The position numbers and the translations under genes were made by a program. The notes below the pieces were generated by a model. It was given only the letters and a program-made list of their open reading frames with translations, was not told the DNA's origin and made no database searches. This document shows, in pieces, positions 38,324 to 49,033 of a stretch of DNA of 64,000 nt. The stretch lies in the sequence record PP434423.1; one strand, 5' to 3'. Each line of letters begins with the position of its first letter. Positions within the stretch are counted from its first letter, which is position 1. This DNA comes from Escherichia phage 236Ecol005PP.

Positions 38324-38413
38324 ACTGGCGGAGGCGATAGGATTTGAACCTATGAGTCGCCGGAGCGACTGCCGGTTTTCAAGACCGGTGCATTAAACCA
38401 CTCTGCCACGCCT
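38324..38413 (-). tRNA. tRNA-Ser (anticodon UGA), type II
   Basis: acceptor GGAGGCG/CGCCUCC, anticodon stem CCGGU/ACCGG loop CUUGAAA, long variable arm, T-loop UUCAAAU. Confidence 0.75.
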
Positions 38414-38416
38414 CCA

Positions 38417-38489
38417 GTCTCCGCGGCAGGATTTGAACCTGCGACATTCTGCTCCCAAAGCAGACGCTCTACCAAACTGAGCTACACGG
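38417..38489 (-). tRNA. tRNA-Pro (anticodon UGG), CCA not encoded
   Basis: acceptor CUCCGUG/CGCGGAG, D GCUC-AGUUUGGUA-GAGC, anticodon loop UUUGGGA, T-loop UUCAAAU; 3 nt upstream of tRNA-Ser (dimer). Confidence 0.7.
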
Positions 38490-38499
38490 AGTAAATTAA

Positions 38500-38573
<74 letters not shown>

Positions 38574-38579
38574 GCAAAC

Positions 38580-38666
38580 TTTGGTACGAGAAGTGGGACT
38601 CGAACCCACAAGGAAATCATTCCGCAGCATTTTAAGTGCTGTGCCTTTACCAATTTGACCATTCTC
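38580..38666 (-). tRNA. tRNA-Leu (anticodon UAA), type II
   Basis: acceptor GCGAGAA/UUCUCGU, anticodon stem CAGCA/UGCUG loop CUUAAAA, long variable arm, T-arm GUGGG-UUCGAGU-CCCAC. Confidence 0.75.
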
Positions 38667-38667
38667 G

Positions 38668-38740
38668 CGCTGGGAATAAAGGACTCGAACCTTTGCATCT
38701 AGCAGTCAAAGTGCTATGCCTTATCAACTTGGCTAATTCC
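38668..38740 (-). tRNA. tRNA-Gln (anticodon UUG), CCA not encoded
   Basis: acceptor UGGGAAU/AUUCCCA, anticodon stem UAGCA/UGCUA loop CUUUGAC, T-arm AAAGG-UUCGAGU-CCUUU; 1 nt upstream of tRNA-Leu (dimer). Confidence 0.7.
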
Positions 38741-38839
38741 CAATTATTAACAAAGGCTCTCAAGCAAGAACCCTTGATGATAGAGGGTATTAATCAGTGC
38801 GATATGAGTTAATAATAACAAATAATTCTTAAAGCATAT

Positions 38840-39127
38840 TTACCATTTATGATAATACATGTTTACGATGCATTCAAGACCCAAAGGATTCTTGAAAATA
38901 TCATATTCAAGAGGACCTTTTTCTGTTTCAATAAAGAAATCAAAATTTACTGTATTAAATTTACGGTCTTCCTTCACTAATTTAACTTGAGAAGATGAAC
39001 GGTCAATGTAAACCTTTTCAACTTCAAAACATGTTAAAATGCCATAATCGTCAATCAAGGCTTTAGCCGCGTCTTGATCATATTTATATCCATTTTCAAT
39101 GGATGATACTTTCGCATAAAGAATCAT
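38840..39127 (-). CDS. hypothetical protein
   Basis: ORF track; 95 aa; first ORF upstream of tRNA array. Confidence 0.45.
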   Translation of the reverse strand: MILYAKVSSIENGYKYDQDAAKALIDDYGILTCFEVEKVYIDRSSSQVKLVKEDRKFNTVNFDFFIETEKGPLEYDIFKNPLGLECIVNMYYHKW

Positions 39128-39129
39128 TA

Positions 39130-39519
39130 TCAGCCTTCATCAACAATAGTATGCGTATTGGCATTTACGATTTGCCACCAATCAAAGCGATTAGAACCAT
39201 AATCTGGTTTGTTTTCATTTTCTTTGATAATGTCACGAAGTTCATCTTCAGTAGCGGCTTTCGCGATTAAATCAGCATATCCACCACGAGGATAATAATT
39301 ATCACCTGCAAAAAGTAAAAAGTTTGGTTTAATGTCATTGAACTCTTCAAGAGTAATAACTTTTCCTGACGGTTGAACAATCTCTACATATTTATACCCC
39401 AATTTTTGAGCAGCATCTACTGCTTCAAGCAAAGTATCATGAGCCCATCCAATTTGACAACCTGGCTTTTCAGATGGATTAGCCTGATAATCCGCATACA
39501 CTTTGTACATTCTATTCAC
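39130..39519 (-). CDS. hypothetical protein
   Basis: ORF track; 129 aa. Confidence 0.5.
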   Translation of the reverse strand: MNRMYKVYADYQANPSEKPGCQIGWAHDTLLEAVDAAQKLGYKYVEIVQPSGKVITLEEFNDIKPNFLLFAGDNYYPRGGYADLIAKAATEDELRDIIKENENKPDYGSNRFDWWQIVNANTHTIVDEG

Positions 39520-39697
39520 CTTTAGAAATTTTATCCATAACGATAGCGATTAAACCAATTAAAAATGCTACTACAAGTGAAAACACATTTTCTGCTGTAG
39601 TTAATAATCCGCATATAAATCCAACAAACATTGAAAAACTAAAAGCGGAAGCAGAAATTGCAATAGCAACATTTCGAATTAATTCACAACGTTTCAT
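39512..39697 (-). CDS. small membrane protein
   Basis: 61 aa; two hydrophobic segments. Confidence 0.45.
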   Translation of the reverse strand: MKRCELIRNVAIAISASAFSFSMFVGFICGLLTTAENVFSLVVAFLIGLIAIVMDKISKGE

Positions 39698-39725
39698 TTT
39701 ATTCTCCTCTGTAGTTGATAGGGTA

Positions 39726-39754
39726 ATAGTATCACTACCCTATCTAAAAGTAAA
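39726..39754 (-). promoter_or_regulatory. T4-type early promoter (33-nt module repeated at 40107)
   Basis: minus TTTACT / 17 nt / TACTAT; plus-strand string taatagtatcactaccctatctaaaagtaaact recurs. Confidence 0.5.
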
Positions 39755-39767
39755 CTGTTTTTATAAA

Positions 39768-40076
39768 CTATTTTATTCCGCGTGATGCAATTGTATTCTG
39801 TCGTTTAGCACCAGTTTGTTTAAAGTCATGATTGTCGATTTGATCGGTACGAGCAACTCCGAATGATGATTTAATCTTAGCTTTAGATCCTTTAGTTATA
39901 GAAATAAACATCTCGGAAGCCCCTTTCTTAAAGTCCGAAGCAATTACTTCAACACCGTTCTTAGCAAGTGACTTCAGAATTGCCTCCGCGTATTCATCGT
40001 CAAGACTCGCCTGAGTATTAATAACGAATGTCTTTGGCGCAGCCGCTTCATTGATAAATTCTTTAAATGTTTTCAT
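39768..40076 (-). CDS. Internal protein (capsid-targeted), second copy-slot next to ipI locus
   Basis: 102 aa; N-terminal MKTFKEFINEA capsid-targeting sequence; own early promoter. Confidence 0.55.
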   Translation of the reverse strand: MKTFKEFINEAAAPKTFVINTQASLDDEYAEAILKSLAKNGVEVIASDFKKGASEMFISITKGSKAKIKSSFGVARTDQIDNHDFKQTGAKRQNTIASRGIK

Positions 40077-40106
40077 TTTATTTTCCTAATTAATTTTGAT
40101 GAGATA

Positions 40107-40135
40107 ATAGTATCACTACCCTATCTAAAAGTAAA
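40107..40135 (-). promoter_or_regulatory. T4-type early promoter (repeat of 39726 module)
   Basis: identical 33-nt core to 39724-39756. Confidence 0.5.
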
Positions 40136-40136
40136 C

Positions 40137-40409
40137 TCATTTTAAATAAATTGCGTATTTTTTATAGCCACCAGGCTCGTGTCGAAGACCCCTATCATTA
40201 GCAAAACGCTCAATGTTGTTAATTTGATTCTGGTCAAGTTCAGAGATGTCAAACACGAAATAGTTACGTTTGTTACCAACTGTTACATAGTCAGTTAAAT
40301 CAATACCATATAGGTAATTGATGTCAGCAATCATAGTCTTGACAGCTTTGCTAATTTTTACTTTTTCGTTAAAAGTAGCTTCATTGATAAATTCTTTAAA
40401 TGTTTTCAT
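40137..40409 (-). CDS. Internal protein at the ipI position (capsid-targeted)
   Basis: 90 aa; MKTFKEFINEA capsid-targeting sequence; adjacent to 57B as ipI is in T4, but body sequence does not match what I recall of T4 IPI. Confidence 0.55.
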   Translation of the reverse strand: MKTFKEFINEATFNEKVKISKAVKTMIADINYLYGIDLTDYVTVGNKRNYFVFDISELDQNQINNIERFANDRGLRHEPGGYKKYAIYLK

Positions 40410-40442
40410 TTTATCCTATCACTCATTTGTTTTGATATGGTA

Positions 40443-40471
40443 ATAGTATCACAACTAAAACCCTGTGTAAA
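40443..40471 (-). promoter_or_regulatory. T4-type early promoter
   Basis: minus TTTACA / 17 nt / TACTAT(TA). Confidence 0.45.
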
Positions 40472-40484
40472 TAACTTTGTGAAA

Positions 40485-41181
<697 letters not shown>

Positions 41182-41182
<1 letters not shown>

Positions 41183-41907
41183 TATAGTACCTTTAGTGTA
41201 TTTTTAATTTTAGAAAAAAGTTCTTCAAGAGAACCATCGTTTGTAATTACTAAATCGCCATCACGAATTGGCAATCCAGCTTCTGTAATATGAGTATCAT
41301 TGGATTTTTGACCAGGACGAACTACATGAATTACTGTAGCACCCATCGCCCTAGCCGCATCCATTTCATGATCTTGACGAGTATCAGGAACGATATAATA
41401 ATCATAACCTGAGTTAAATTTATCAAGATAATCTAAAGCAAATAATTTTACCCAATACATGCGGTCGAAGTTATTAACAATCAAATCCGTACCTAGGGCT
41501 TGCATCAGACGACGGACTGACCATTGATCTTCAATATTATTTATAACGTCAGCAATCTTGTTAAATGCTACGAAAGTAACTGATTCTTTTCCTTCGTCAT
41601 CAAAAACAAACACGCCTTTAATTGGGCTTTTACTATTAAGATAGCAAAATGCTTGTTCCATAATCGTAATTACTTCTAATTTAGTCAGATTCAAATTAGT
41701 CTCACGATCATAGTCAATTCCTTCAAACTCTTTACGAGTTAAACAAGGATAGTCAGTGTTTGCTGCAAATACGCCCCATGCATAAGCCAATGCATCTTTA
41801 ATAGGACCAGCAAGTTGATATTTAACTGCAGAATAATTATTCATGATAAAATCTGCAGTAGTATCTTTTCCACTACGCTTTACACCGCTTAAAAAGATTA
41901 GTTTCAT
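41182..41907 (-). CDS. 1: Deoxynucleoside monophosphate kinase gp1
   Basis: 241 aa; P-loop GVKRSGKDT; T4 order 57A-1-3-2-4. Confidence 0.9.
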
Positions 41908-41956
41908 ATGTTTCTCCTCAAATTTAGTTAAGATTATAACACATGAAACTTAAGCA

Positions 41957-42487
41957 TTAAACTTCTGCTATAATTTTACCATCTTTTTCTACTTGAAAAT
42001 ACGTATAAGGAATCGTTGCTGTACATACTAAAGCTGGGTCTGAATCTTCTGTGTAGCTAAATTCTACTTCAGACAGGTCAGAAACCCAAGGCTTATAAAA
42101 ATTTATTGACATCACGATTTCAGTTTTACTATTATCTAAAATGTAAAGCGTAATGTATTCAGGACCTGTTTTTTGGGCAGTATTTTCGCCTGTAAGATAG
42201 TTACTAGTTCCTAACATCCATTCATACATTCCTATCCACGACTTAAGCTCTTCATCAACTATAAATCTCACGATGAGTGGGTCGTACTCAAATGTAACAC
42301 CTGGACGTTGTGCTCTGCCCAGTCCAAACGGCCCAGTCACGGTATCAGTAACAGGTATCCTAATTCCCGGAATAGGAACTGACTGAGCATTTAAAGTAAA
42401 AGCAGATGTAGTATTACTATGCGGTATTGATACTACAAAGTTAGTTGTATTTGCTTGGTTAAAAATTTGTTGTAGTGCTTGCGACAT
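41957..42487 (-). CDS. 3: Tail sheath stabiliser / tail completion protein gp3
   Basis: 176 aa from internal Met (MSQALQQIF...) matching T4 gp3 length; ORF track extends 27 codons upstream. Confidence 0.75.
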   Translation of the reverse strand: MSQALQQIFNQANTTNFVVSIPHSNTTSAFTLNAQSVPIPGIRIPVTDTVTGPFGLGRAQRPGVTFEYDPLIVRFIVDEELKSWIGMYEWMLGTSNYLTGENTAQKTGPEYITLYILDNSKTEIVMSINFYKPWVSDLSEVEFSYTEDSDPALVCTATIPYTYFQVEKDGKIIAEV

Positions 42488-42593
42488 ATATTCCTCATAA
42501 TGCTTCATAAATGTTGGTGGTATAATGGGTCTAAGTCCCTTCCATTCAATTCCAATTAGAACAAACAATAGAAAAGAATGGAAGATAATAGAA

Positions 42594-43418
42594 TTAGATA
42601 TTTGACCAGACTTTGTTTGCAGAGAAACGTTTTCCTTTTGAAACGAACTGCTGAAGTGGCATTAACACAACGTTCGCCCAGTCTTTCGGGGCGATTTCAA
42701 CAAGGCTACCCATAATATTACCAGGTATATATGCCTTAATCATTTGGTCTGCACCCCTAAATCCTTTCACTTGACTCCAATCAATTTTTAATTTCGTTTT
42801 ATTAGTAATAGTAGGTGTATTTGAATATTGCTTTAAAAGCTCTTCTAGAAATTGCTGACGAGCTTTAGGTGGAATATAGTGCAAGTTTAATCCGTACATT
42901 AAATTATGCTTACCTAAACCAAGGTAAATTATCAAAGGAAATTTATCCCAGTAAGGAAGAGTTTCTTTGTGTTTAGCATCGTAAGCAAAAGCATATATTC
43001 GTCCCGGCTGCGGGCGAACAACTTTATGTCCTTTTACTTGCTTAATAGTTTCAGCAAACCACTTTCTGGTTTTATTATTAATTGCTGCACCTTCATTACG
43101 AATTTTATCACGCAACGTTTGCCTGAATGAATTTATCATAAGCAGTTGTCTTTCTTGCTTATTGAGTTTATTCATTGGTTTTGATTCAAGCTTTTGAATC
43201 TTTTCAGCCGTTTTAATTCCTGAAGCATATTTTGACATTGCCGAAGTAAACGTAGAATATTTAATTCCTCTTTCTTCAGCAAATTGCTTTCCTGTCATTC
43301 CTTTTGCTTTGGCCTTTTTGTATTCAAGACCTATCTGAATCCATTTCTTTTCGTTTAATGATTGCTTAACCTTTGGAACTTGGGGAGTGCTTTCATTAAT
43401 TATTTGAAAAATAGCCAT
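42594..43418 (-). CDS. 2: DNA end-protector protein gp2
   Basis: 274 aa, T4 length and position. Confidence 0.85.
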   Translation of the reverse strand: MAIFQIINESTPQVPKVKQSLNEKKWIQIGLEYKKAKAKGMTGKQFAEERGIKYSTFTSAMSKYASGIKTAEKIQKLESKPMNKLNKQERQLLMINSFRQTLRDKIRNEGAAINNKTRKWFAETIKQVKGHKVVRPQPGRIYAFAYDAKHKETLPYWDKFPLIIYLGLGKHNLMYGLNLHYIPPKARQQFLEELLKQYSNTPTITNKTKLKIDWSQVKGFRGADQMIKAYIPGNIMGSLVEIAPKDWANVVLMPLQQFVSKGKRFSANKVWSNI

Positions 43419-43870
43419 TATGCCCCCTTAAAGCCAAGAGCTCGTAATCCATCTTCTGTTAGAATTCTAAATTTTATTCCACGCTTTTCAGCTAAAGCTT
43501 GAGCTGCTTTCCATTTATCAGTATTAACGGAATATGTATAAATTTCATTCATAAATCTTTTCTTCGCTGCAGTTGTTAGATGTGCCGGTTTAACTGGTGG
43601 TTGTGTTTCTTTTTTAGGTTTTATTTCAATAAAAAATTCTTGCCCAGAAGAATCTTTCATCCAAATATCCATGAAGTATCTACGTTTTTTCCCTTCTGCA
43701 TTACAAAAATAAGGAATTACTGCTGTTTCACTACCCCATGCAATAATTTCTGGATTTTTATCTAACCATTCAAAAAAGAATTTTTCCCAATTTGATCTAT
43801 ACGTAATTTTTTTAGGGTCACCTCTATATTTTGATATATTTTTAGGAACCCATTTTCCAGAATATGCCAT
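43418..43870 (-). CDS. 4: Head completion protein gp4
   Basis: 150 aa, T4 length and position; ATG overlaps gp2. Confidence 0.85.
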   Translation of the reverse strand: MAYSGKWVPKNISKYRGDPKKITYRSNWEKFFFEWLDKNPEIIAWGSETAVIPYFCNAEGKKRRYFMDIWMKDSSGQEFFIEIKPKKETQPPVKPAHLTTAAKKRFMNEIYTYSVNTDKWKAAQALAEKRGIKFRILTEDGLRALGFKGA

Positions 43871-43881
43871 TGGATTCTCCT

Positions 43882-43889
43882 TATAAATA
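43882..43889 (+). promoter_or_regulatory. late promoter (TATAAATA) for gene 53
   Basis: exact TATAAATA 29 nt upstream of gene 53 ATG. Confidence 0.6.
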
Positions 43890-43896
43890 TATTATC

Positions 43897-43904
43897 TATT
43901 TATA
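43897..43904 (-). promoter_or_regulatory. late promoter (TATAAATA) for gene 4
   Basis: exact TATAAATA on minus strand 27 nt upstream of gene 4 ATG; divergent with previous. Confidence 0.55.
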
Positions 43905-43917
43905 AACAGGAGGGCCC

Positions 43918-44508
43918 ATGCTCTTTACATTTTTTGATCCGATTGAATATGCGGCCAAAACGGTGAATAAAAACGCGCCGACTATTCCTATGACAGATAT
44001 TTTTAGAAACTATAAAGACTATTTTAAACGCGCTCTTGCGGGATACCGCTTACGTACTTATTATATTAAAGGTTCACCACGCCCAGAAGAATTAGCAAAT
44101 GCTATATATGGAAATCCGCAGTTGTATTGGGTTTTATTGATGTGTAATGATAATTATGATCCGTATTATGGATGGATTACTTCGCAAGAAGCTGCTTATC
44201 AAGCATCTATACAAAAATACAAAAACGTAGGTGGAGACCAAATAGTATATCATGTAAATGAAAACGGTGAAAAATTTTATAATTTAATATCATACGATGA
44301 TAATCCATATGTTTGGTATGACAAAGGCGATAAAGCTAGAAAATATCCTCAATATGAAGGAGCACTTGCTGCGGTCGATACGTATGAAGCTGCTGTTCTT
44401 GAAAATGAAAAACTTCGTCAAATAAAAATAATAGCAAAATCAGACATCAATTCATTTATGAACGACCTTATACGTATAATGGAGAAATCTTATGGAAATG
44501 ATAAGTAA
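43918..44508 (+). CDS. 53: Baseplate wedge protein gp53
   Basis: 196 aa, T4 length/order. Confidence 0.9.
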   Translation: MLFTFFDPIEYAAKTVNKNAPTIPMTDIFRNYKDYFKRALAGYRLRTYYIKGSPRPEELANAIYGNPQLYWVLLMCNDNYDPYYGWITSQEAAYQASIQKYKNVGGDQIVYHVNENGEKFYNLISYDDNPYVWYDKGDKARKYPQYEGALAAVDTYEAAVLENEKLRQIKIIAKSDINSFMNDLIRIMEKSYGNDK

Positions 44509-46219
44509 TAACCTTAATTGGTTTGTTGGTGTTGTTGAAGATAGAATGGACCCATTAAAATTAGGTCGTGTTCGTGTTCGTGTGGTTGGTCTGCATCCAC
44601 CTCAAAGAGCGCAAGGCGACGTAATGGGTATTCCAACAGATAAATTACCATGGATGTCAGTTATTCAACCTATAACTTCTGCAGCAATGTCTGGAATTGG
44701 AGGCTCCGTTACTGGTCCGGTAGAAGGAACTAGAGTTTATGGTCATTTTTTAGACAAATGGAAAACTAATGGAATTGTCCTTGGCACGTATGGTGGAATA
44801 GTTCGCGAAAAGCCTAATAGACTTGAAGGATTTTCTGACCCGACTGGACAGTATCCTAGACGTCTAGGAAATGATACTAACGTATTAAACCAAGGCGGAG
44901 AAGTAGGATATGATTCGTCTTCTAATATTATCCAAGATAGTAATTTAGATACTGCGATAAATCCTGATGATAGACCACTATCAGAGATTCCAACTGATGA
45001 TAATCCAAATATGTCAATGGCTGAAATGCTTCGCCGTGATGAAGGATTAAGACTAAAAGTCTATTGGGATACAGAAGGATATCCGACAATTGGTATTGGT
45101 CATCTTATCATGAAGCAGCCAGTTCGTGATATGAACCAAATTAATAAAGTTTTATCAAAACAAGTTGGTCGTGAAATTACCGGAAATCCAGGTTCTATTA
45201 CAATGGAAGAAGCGGTAAATTTATTTGAACGCGATTTGGCTGATATGCAACGTGACATTAAATCACATTCTAAAGTTGGCCCAGTTTGGCAAGCAGTTAA
45301 TCGTTCTCGTCAAATGGCATTAGAAAATATGGCATTTCAGATGGGTGTTGGCGGTGTAGCTAAATTTAACACAATGTTAACTGCTATGTTAGCCGGAGAT
45401 TGGGAAAAGGCATATAAAGCTGGTCGTGATTCATTGTGGTATCAACAAACAAAAGGCCGTGCATCTCGTGTTACCATGATTATTCTTACAGGGAATTTGG
45501 AATCATACGGCATTGAAGTGAAAACACCGGCTAGGTCTTTGTCAGCAATGGCTGCTACTGTAGCAAAGTCTTCTGATCCAGCTGACCCTCCTATTCCGAA
45601 TGATTCGAGAATTTTATTCAAAGAACCTGTTTCTTCATATAAAGGTGAATATCCGTATGTTCACACAATGGAAACTGAAAGCGGTCATATTCAGGAATTT
45701 GACGATACCCCGGGACAAGAACGATACAGATTAGTTCATCCGACTGGAACATATGAGGAAGTATCACCGTCAGGAAGAAGAACAAGAAAAACTGTTGACA
45801 ATTTGTATGATATAACAAATGCTGATGGTAATTTTTTGGTAGCTGGCGATAAAAAGACTAACGTCGGTGGATCAGAAATTTATTACAACATGGATAATCG
45901 TCTCCACCAAATAGATGGAAGCAATACAATATTTGTGCGTGGCGATGAAACTAAGACGGTTGAAGGTAATGGAACTATCCTAGTCAAAGGTAATGTTACT
46001 ATTGTAGTTGAAGGTAATGCTGACATTACAGTTAAAGGGGATGCTACCACTTTAGTTGAAGGAAATCAGACTAATACAGTAAATGGAAATCTTTCTTGGA
46101 AAGTTGCTGGGACAGTTGATTGGGACGTTGGTGGTGATTGGACAGAAAAAATGGCATCTATGAGTTCTATTTCATCTGGTCAATACACAATTGATGGATC
46201 GAGGATTGACATTGGCTAA
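44492..46219 (+). CDS. 5: Baseplate hub/tail lysozyme gp5 (central spike)
   Basis: 575 aa; MEMISNNLNWFVGVVED...; internal lysozyme domain (RRDEGLRLKVYWDTEGYPTIGIGHL) and C-terminal VxGxxxxx beta-helix repeats. Confidence 0.95.
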   Translation: MEMISNNLNWFVGVVEDRMDPLKLGRVRVRVVGLHPPQRAQGDVMGIPTDKLPWMSVIQPITSAAMSGIGGSVTGPVEGTRVYGHFLDKWKTNGIVLGTYGGIVREKPNRLEGFSDPTGQYPRRLGNDTNVLNQGGEVGYDSSSNIIQDSNLDTAINPDDRPLSEIPTDDNPNMSMAEMLRRDEGLRLKVYWDTEGYPTIGIGHLIMKQPVRDMNQINKVLSKQVGREITGNPGSITMEEAVNLFERDLADMQRDIKSHSKVGPVWQAVNRSRQMALENMAFQMGVGGVAKFNTMLTAMLAGDWEKAYKAGRDSLWYQQTKGRASRVTMIILTGNLESYGIEVKTPARSLSAMAATVAKSSDPADPPIPNDSRILFKEPVSSYKGEYPYVHTMETESGHIQEFDDTPGQERYRLVHPTGTYEEVSPSGRRTRKTVDNLYDITNADGNFLVAGDKKTNVGGSEIYYNMDNRLHQIDGSNTIFVRGDETKTVEGNGTILVKGNVTIVVEGNADITVKGDATTLVEGNQTNTVNGNLSWKVAGTVDWDVGGDWTEKMASMSSISSGQYTIDGSRIDIG

Positions 46220-46748
46220 TATACTTCCAATGAGCGCTGATTTAGGAGAATCCATGGAAGGTTCTTCTATCGACGTCACCTTTACCGCTCAATTAGAAAC
46301 AGGTGAAACGTTAGTATCTATAAATATAACTAGTTACGAAGAAACTCCTGGGGTTTTAGTAGAAGAAAATCGTTTATATGGAACGTATGAATCTGTGTTT
46401 GGATTTGGAAATGATGCGTTGAAATATCGTTTAGATAATGAATTTAAAACCGCTGCTTCATGGGAAGACCTTCCAACTGATTCTAATACTCAGTTATATC
46501 TATGGAAAGCTCCTCAAAACCTCCAGAAGACATTCACTTACGAAGTAACATTAATATATGACTACCAAGAACAAGGTGAATCTGGAGGTTCTGGCAGTAA
46601 TTCTAGGTCATCTTTTGATACTACTGAACCAACGAATCCTCCAGCTCCAATAAGAAAAACTCTTGTTAAAAATTATACAAAAACTATAGTTGGAAATTGG
46701 AGTCGTTGGGCTAATAAATTGAGAAGCTACGTGTATGAGAGGCCATAA
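46191..46748 (+). CDS. 5.1: gp5.1-like protein (start uncertain)
   Basis: ORF track; position between 5 and PAAR gene; Gly/Ser-rich segment. Confidence 0.5.
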   Translation: MMDRGLTLANILPMSADLGESMEGSSIDVTFTAQLETGETLVSINITSYEETPGVLVEENRLYGTYESVFGFGNDALKYRLDNEFKTAASWEDLPTDSNTQLYLWKAPQNLQKTFTYEVTLIYDYQEQGESGGSGSNSRSSFDTTEPTNPPAPIRKTLVKNYTKTIVGNWSRWANKLRSYVYERP

Positions 46749-47042
46749 ATGTCAGGATTAAGTTATGATAAGTGTGTTACTGCCGGCCATGAAGCATGGC
46801 CTCCAACAGTTGTGAATGCTACACAAAGTAAAGTATTCACTGGAGGAATTGCTGTTCTCGTAGCAGGTGATCCAATTACAGAACATACAGAAATTAAAAA
46901 GCCATATGAAACACATGGCGGAGTGACACAACCTAGAACTTCTAAGGTATATGTCACTGGAAAGAAAGCTGTTCAAATGGCTGATACAATATCATGCGGT
47001 GATACAGTGGCTCAGGCATCATCTAAAGTATTCATTAAATAG
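46749..47042 (+). CDS. 5.4: PAAR-repeat spike tip protein gp5.4
   Basis: 97 aa; PAAR-like repeats. Confidence 0.8.
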   Translation: MSGLSYDKCVTAGHEAWPPTVVNATQSKVFTGGIAVLVAGDPITEHTEIKKPYETHGGVTQPRTSKVYVTGKKAVQMADTISCGDTVAQASSKVFIK

Positions 47043-47050
47043 GATTTAAA

Positions 47051-49033
47051 ATGGCAAATACCCCTGTAAATTATCAATTAACAAGAACAGCAAATGCTAT
47101 TCCCGAGATATTCGTCGGGGGTACATTTGCTGAAATAAAACAAAACCTCATTGAATGGCTTAATGGCCAAAATGAATTTTTGGATTATGATTTTGAAGGC
47201 TCAAGATTAAACGTTCTGTGCGACCTTTTGGCTTATAATACATTATACATTCAGCAGTTTGGTAATGCTGCCTTGTACGAAAGCTTTATGCGTACTGCTA
47301 ATTTGCGTAGTTCAGTAGTTCAAGCTGCACAAGATAATGGATATTTACCTACTTCAAAATCAGCTGCTCAAACTGAAATTATGCTAACTTGTACAGACGC
47401 ATTGAATAGAAATTACATTACTATTCCTCGTGGTACTCGCTTTTTAGCATATGCAAAAGATACTTCCGTTAATCCTTACAACTTTGTATCTACCGAAGAT
47501 GTTATTGCTATTCGCGATAAAAATAACCAATATTTTCCGCGTTTAAAATTAGCCCAGGGACGTATAGTAAGAACTGAAATCATTTATGATAAATTAACAC
47601 CTATTATCATTTATGACAAAAATATAGATAGAAACCAAGTTAAACTATACGTTGATGGAGCAGAATGGATTAACTGGACAAGAAAGTCAATGGTTCATGC
47701 TGGTTCTACATCAACAATTTACTACATGCGTGAAACTATTGATGGAAATACTGAGTTTTATTTTGGTGAAGGTGAGATTTCTGTTAATGCGGCAGAAGGA
47801 GCATTGACTGCTAATTATATTGGAGGTCTTAAACCTACTCAGAACTCTACGATTGTTATTGAGTACATCAGTACTAACGGTGCAGATGCGAATGGTGCAG
47901 TCGGATTTTCATATGCAGATACATTAACAAATATAACTGTCATCAACATTAATGAAAATCCAAACGATGACCCAGATTTTGTTGGGGCAGATGGCGGCGG
48001 CGATCCAGAAGATATTGAGCGTATTCGCGAATTGGGTACTATTAAACGCGAAACCCAGCAACGCTGCGTAACTGCAACTGACTATGATACATTCGTTTCA
48101 GAGAGATTTGGTTCTATTATTCAAGCAGTTCAGACGTTCACTGATTCTACTAAACCTGGTTATGCATTTATTGCTGCTAAACCTAAATCAGGTCTGTATT
48201 TAACTACCGTACAGCGCGAAGATATTAAAAATTATCTCAAAGACTATAATTTAGCTCCTATTACGCCATCAATTATTTCTCCTAATTATCTTTTTATTAA
48301 GACTAATTTAAAAGTCACATATGCTTTAAATAAGCTGCAAGAATCCGAACAGTGGCTCGAAGGTCAAATAATTGATAAAATTGATCGTTATTATACCGAA
48401 GATGTAGAAATTTTTAACTCGTCTTTCGCTAAATCTAAGATGTTGACATATGTAGATGATGCAGATCATTCTATCATTGGTTCATCAGCGACAATTCAAA
48501 TTGTTCGTGAAGTACAAAACTTCTATAAAACGCCTGAAGCAGGTATTAAATACAATAATCAAATAAAAGATCGTTCTATGGAATCTAATACGTTTTCATT
48601 TAATTCCGGACGAAAGGTTGTAAATCCTGATACTGGTTTAGAAGAAGATGTATTATATGACGTTCGCATAGTATCAACAGACCGAGATTCTAAAGGAATT
48701 GGTAAAGTTATTATTGGTCCATTTGCTTCTGGCGATGTTACAGAAAATGAAAACATTCAGCCGTATACAGGCAACGATTTTAACAAATTAGCAAATTCTG
48801 ATGGACGCGACAAATACTATGTTATCGGTGAAATAAATTATCCAGCTGATGTGATTTACTGGAATATCGCTAAAATTAATTTAACATCTGAAAAATTTGA
48901 AGTTCAGACCATTGAATTATATTCTGACCCAACAGATGATGTTATTTTTACTCGCGACGGTTCACTGATTGTATTTGAAAATGACTTACGTCCACAATAC
49001 TTAACTATCGATTTGGAGCCTATATCACAATGA
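47051..49033 (+). CDS. 6: Baseplate wedge protein gp6
   Basis: 660 aa, T4 length/order. Confidence 0.9.
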   Translation: MANTPVNYQLTRTANAIPEIFVGGTFAEIKQNLIEWLNGQNEFLDYDFEGSRLNVLCDLLAYNTLYIQQFGNAALYESFMRTANLRSSVVQAAQDNGYLPTSKSAAQTEIMLTCTDALNRNYITIPRGTRFLAYAKDTSVNPYNFVSTEDVIAIRDKNNQYFPRLKLAQGRIVRTEIIYDKLTPIIIYDKNIDRNQVKLYVDGAEWINWTRKSMVHAGSTSTIYYMRETIDGNTEFYFGEGEISVNAAEGALTANYIGGLKPTQNSTIVIEYISTNGADANGAVGFSYADTLTNITVININENPNDDPDFVGADGGGDPEDIERIRELGTIKRETQQRCVTATDYDTFVSERFGSIIQAVQTFTDSTKPGYAFIAAKPKSGLYLTTVQREDIKNYLKDYNLAPITPSIISPNYLFIKTNLKVTYALNKLQESEQWLEGQIIDKIDRYYTEDVEIFNSSFAKSKMLTYVDDADHSIIGSSATIQIVREVQNFYKTPEAGIKYNNQIKDRSMESNTFSFNSGRKVVNPDTGLEEDVLYDVRIVSTDRDSKGIGKVIIGPFASGDVTENENIQPYTGNDFNKLANSDGRDKYYVIGEINYPADVIYWNIAKINLTSEKFEVQTIELYSDPTDDVIFTRDGSLIVFENDLRPQYLTIDLEPISQ

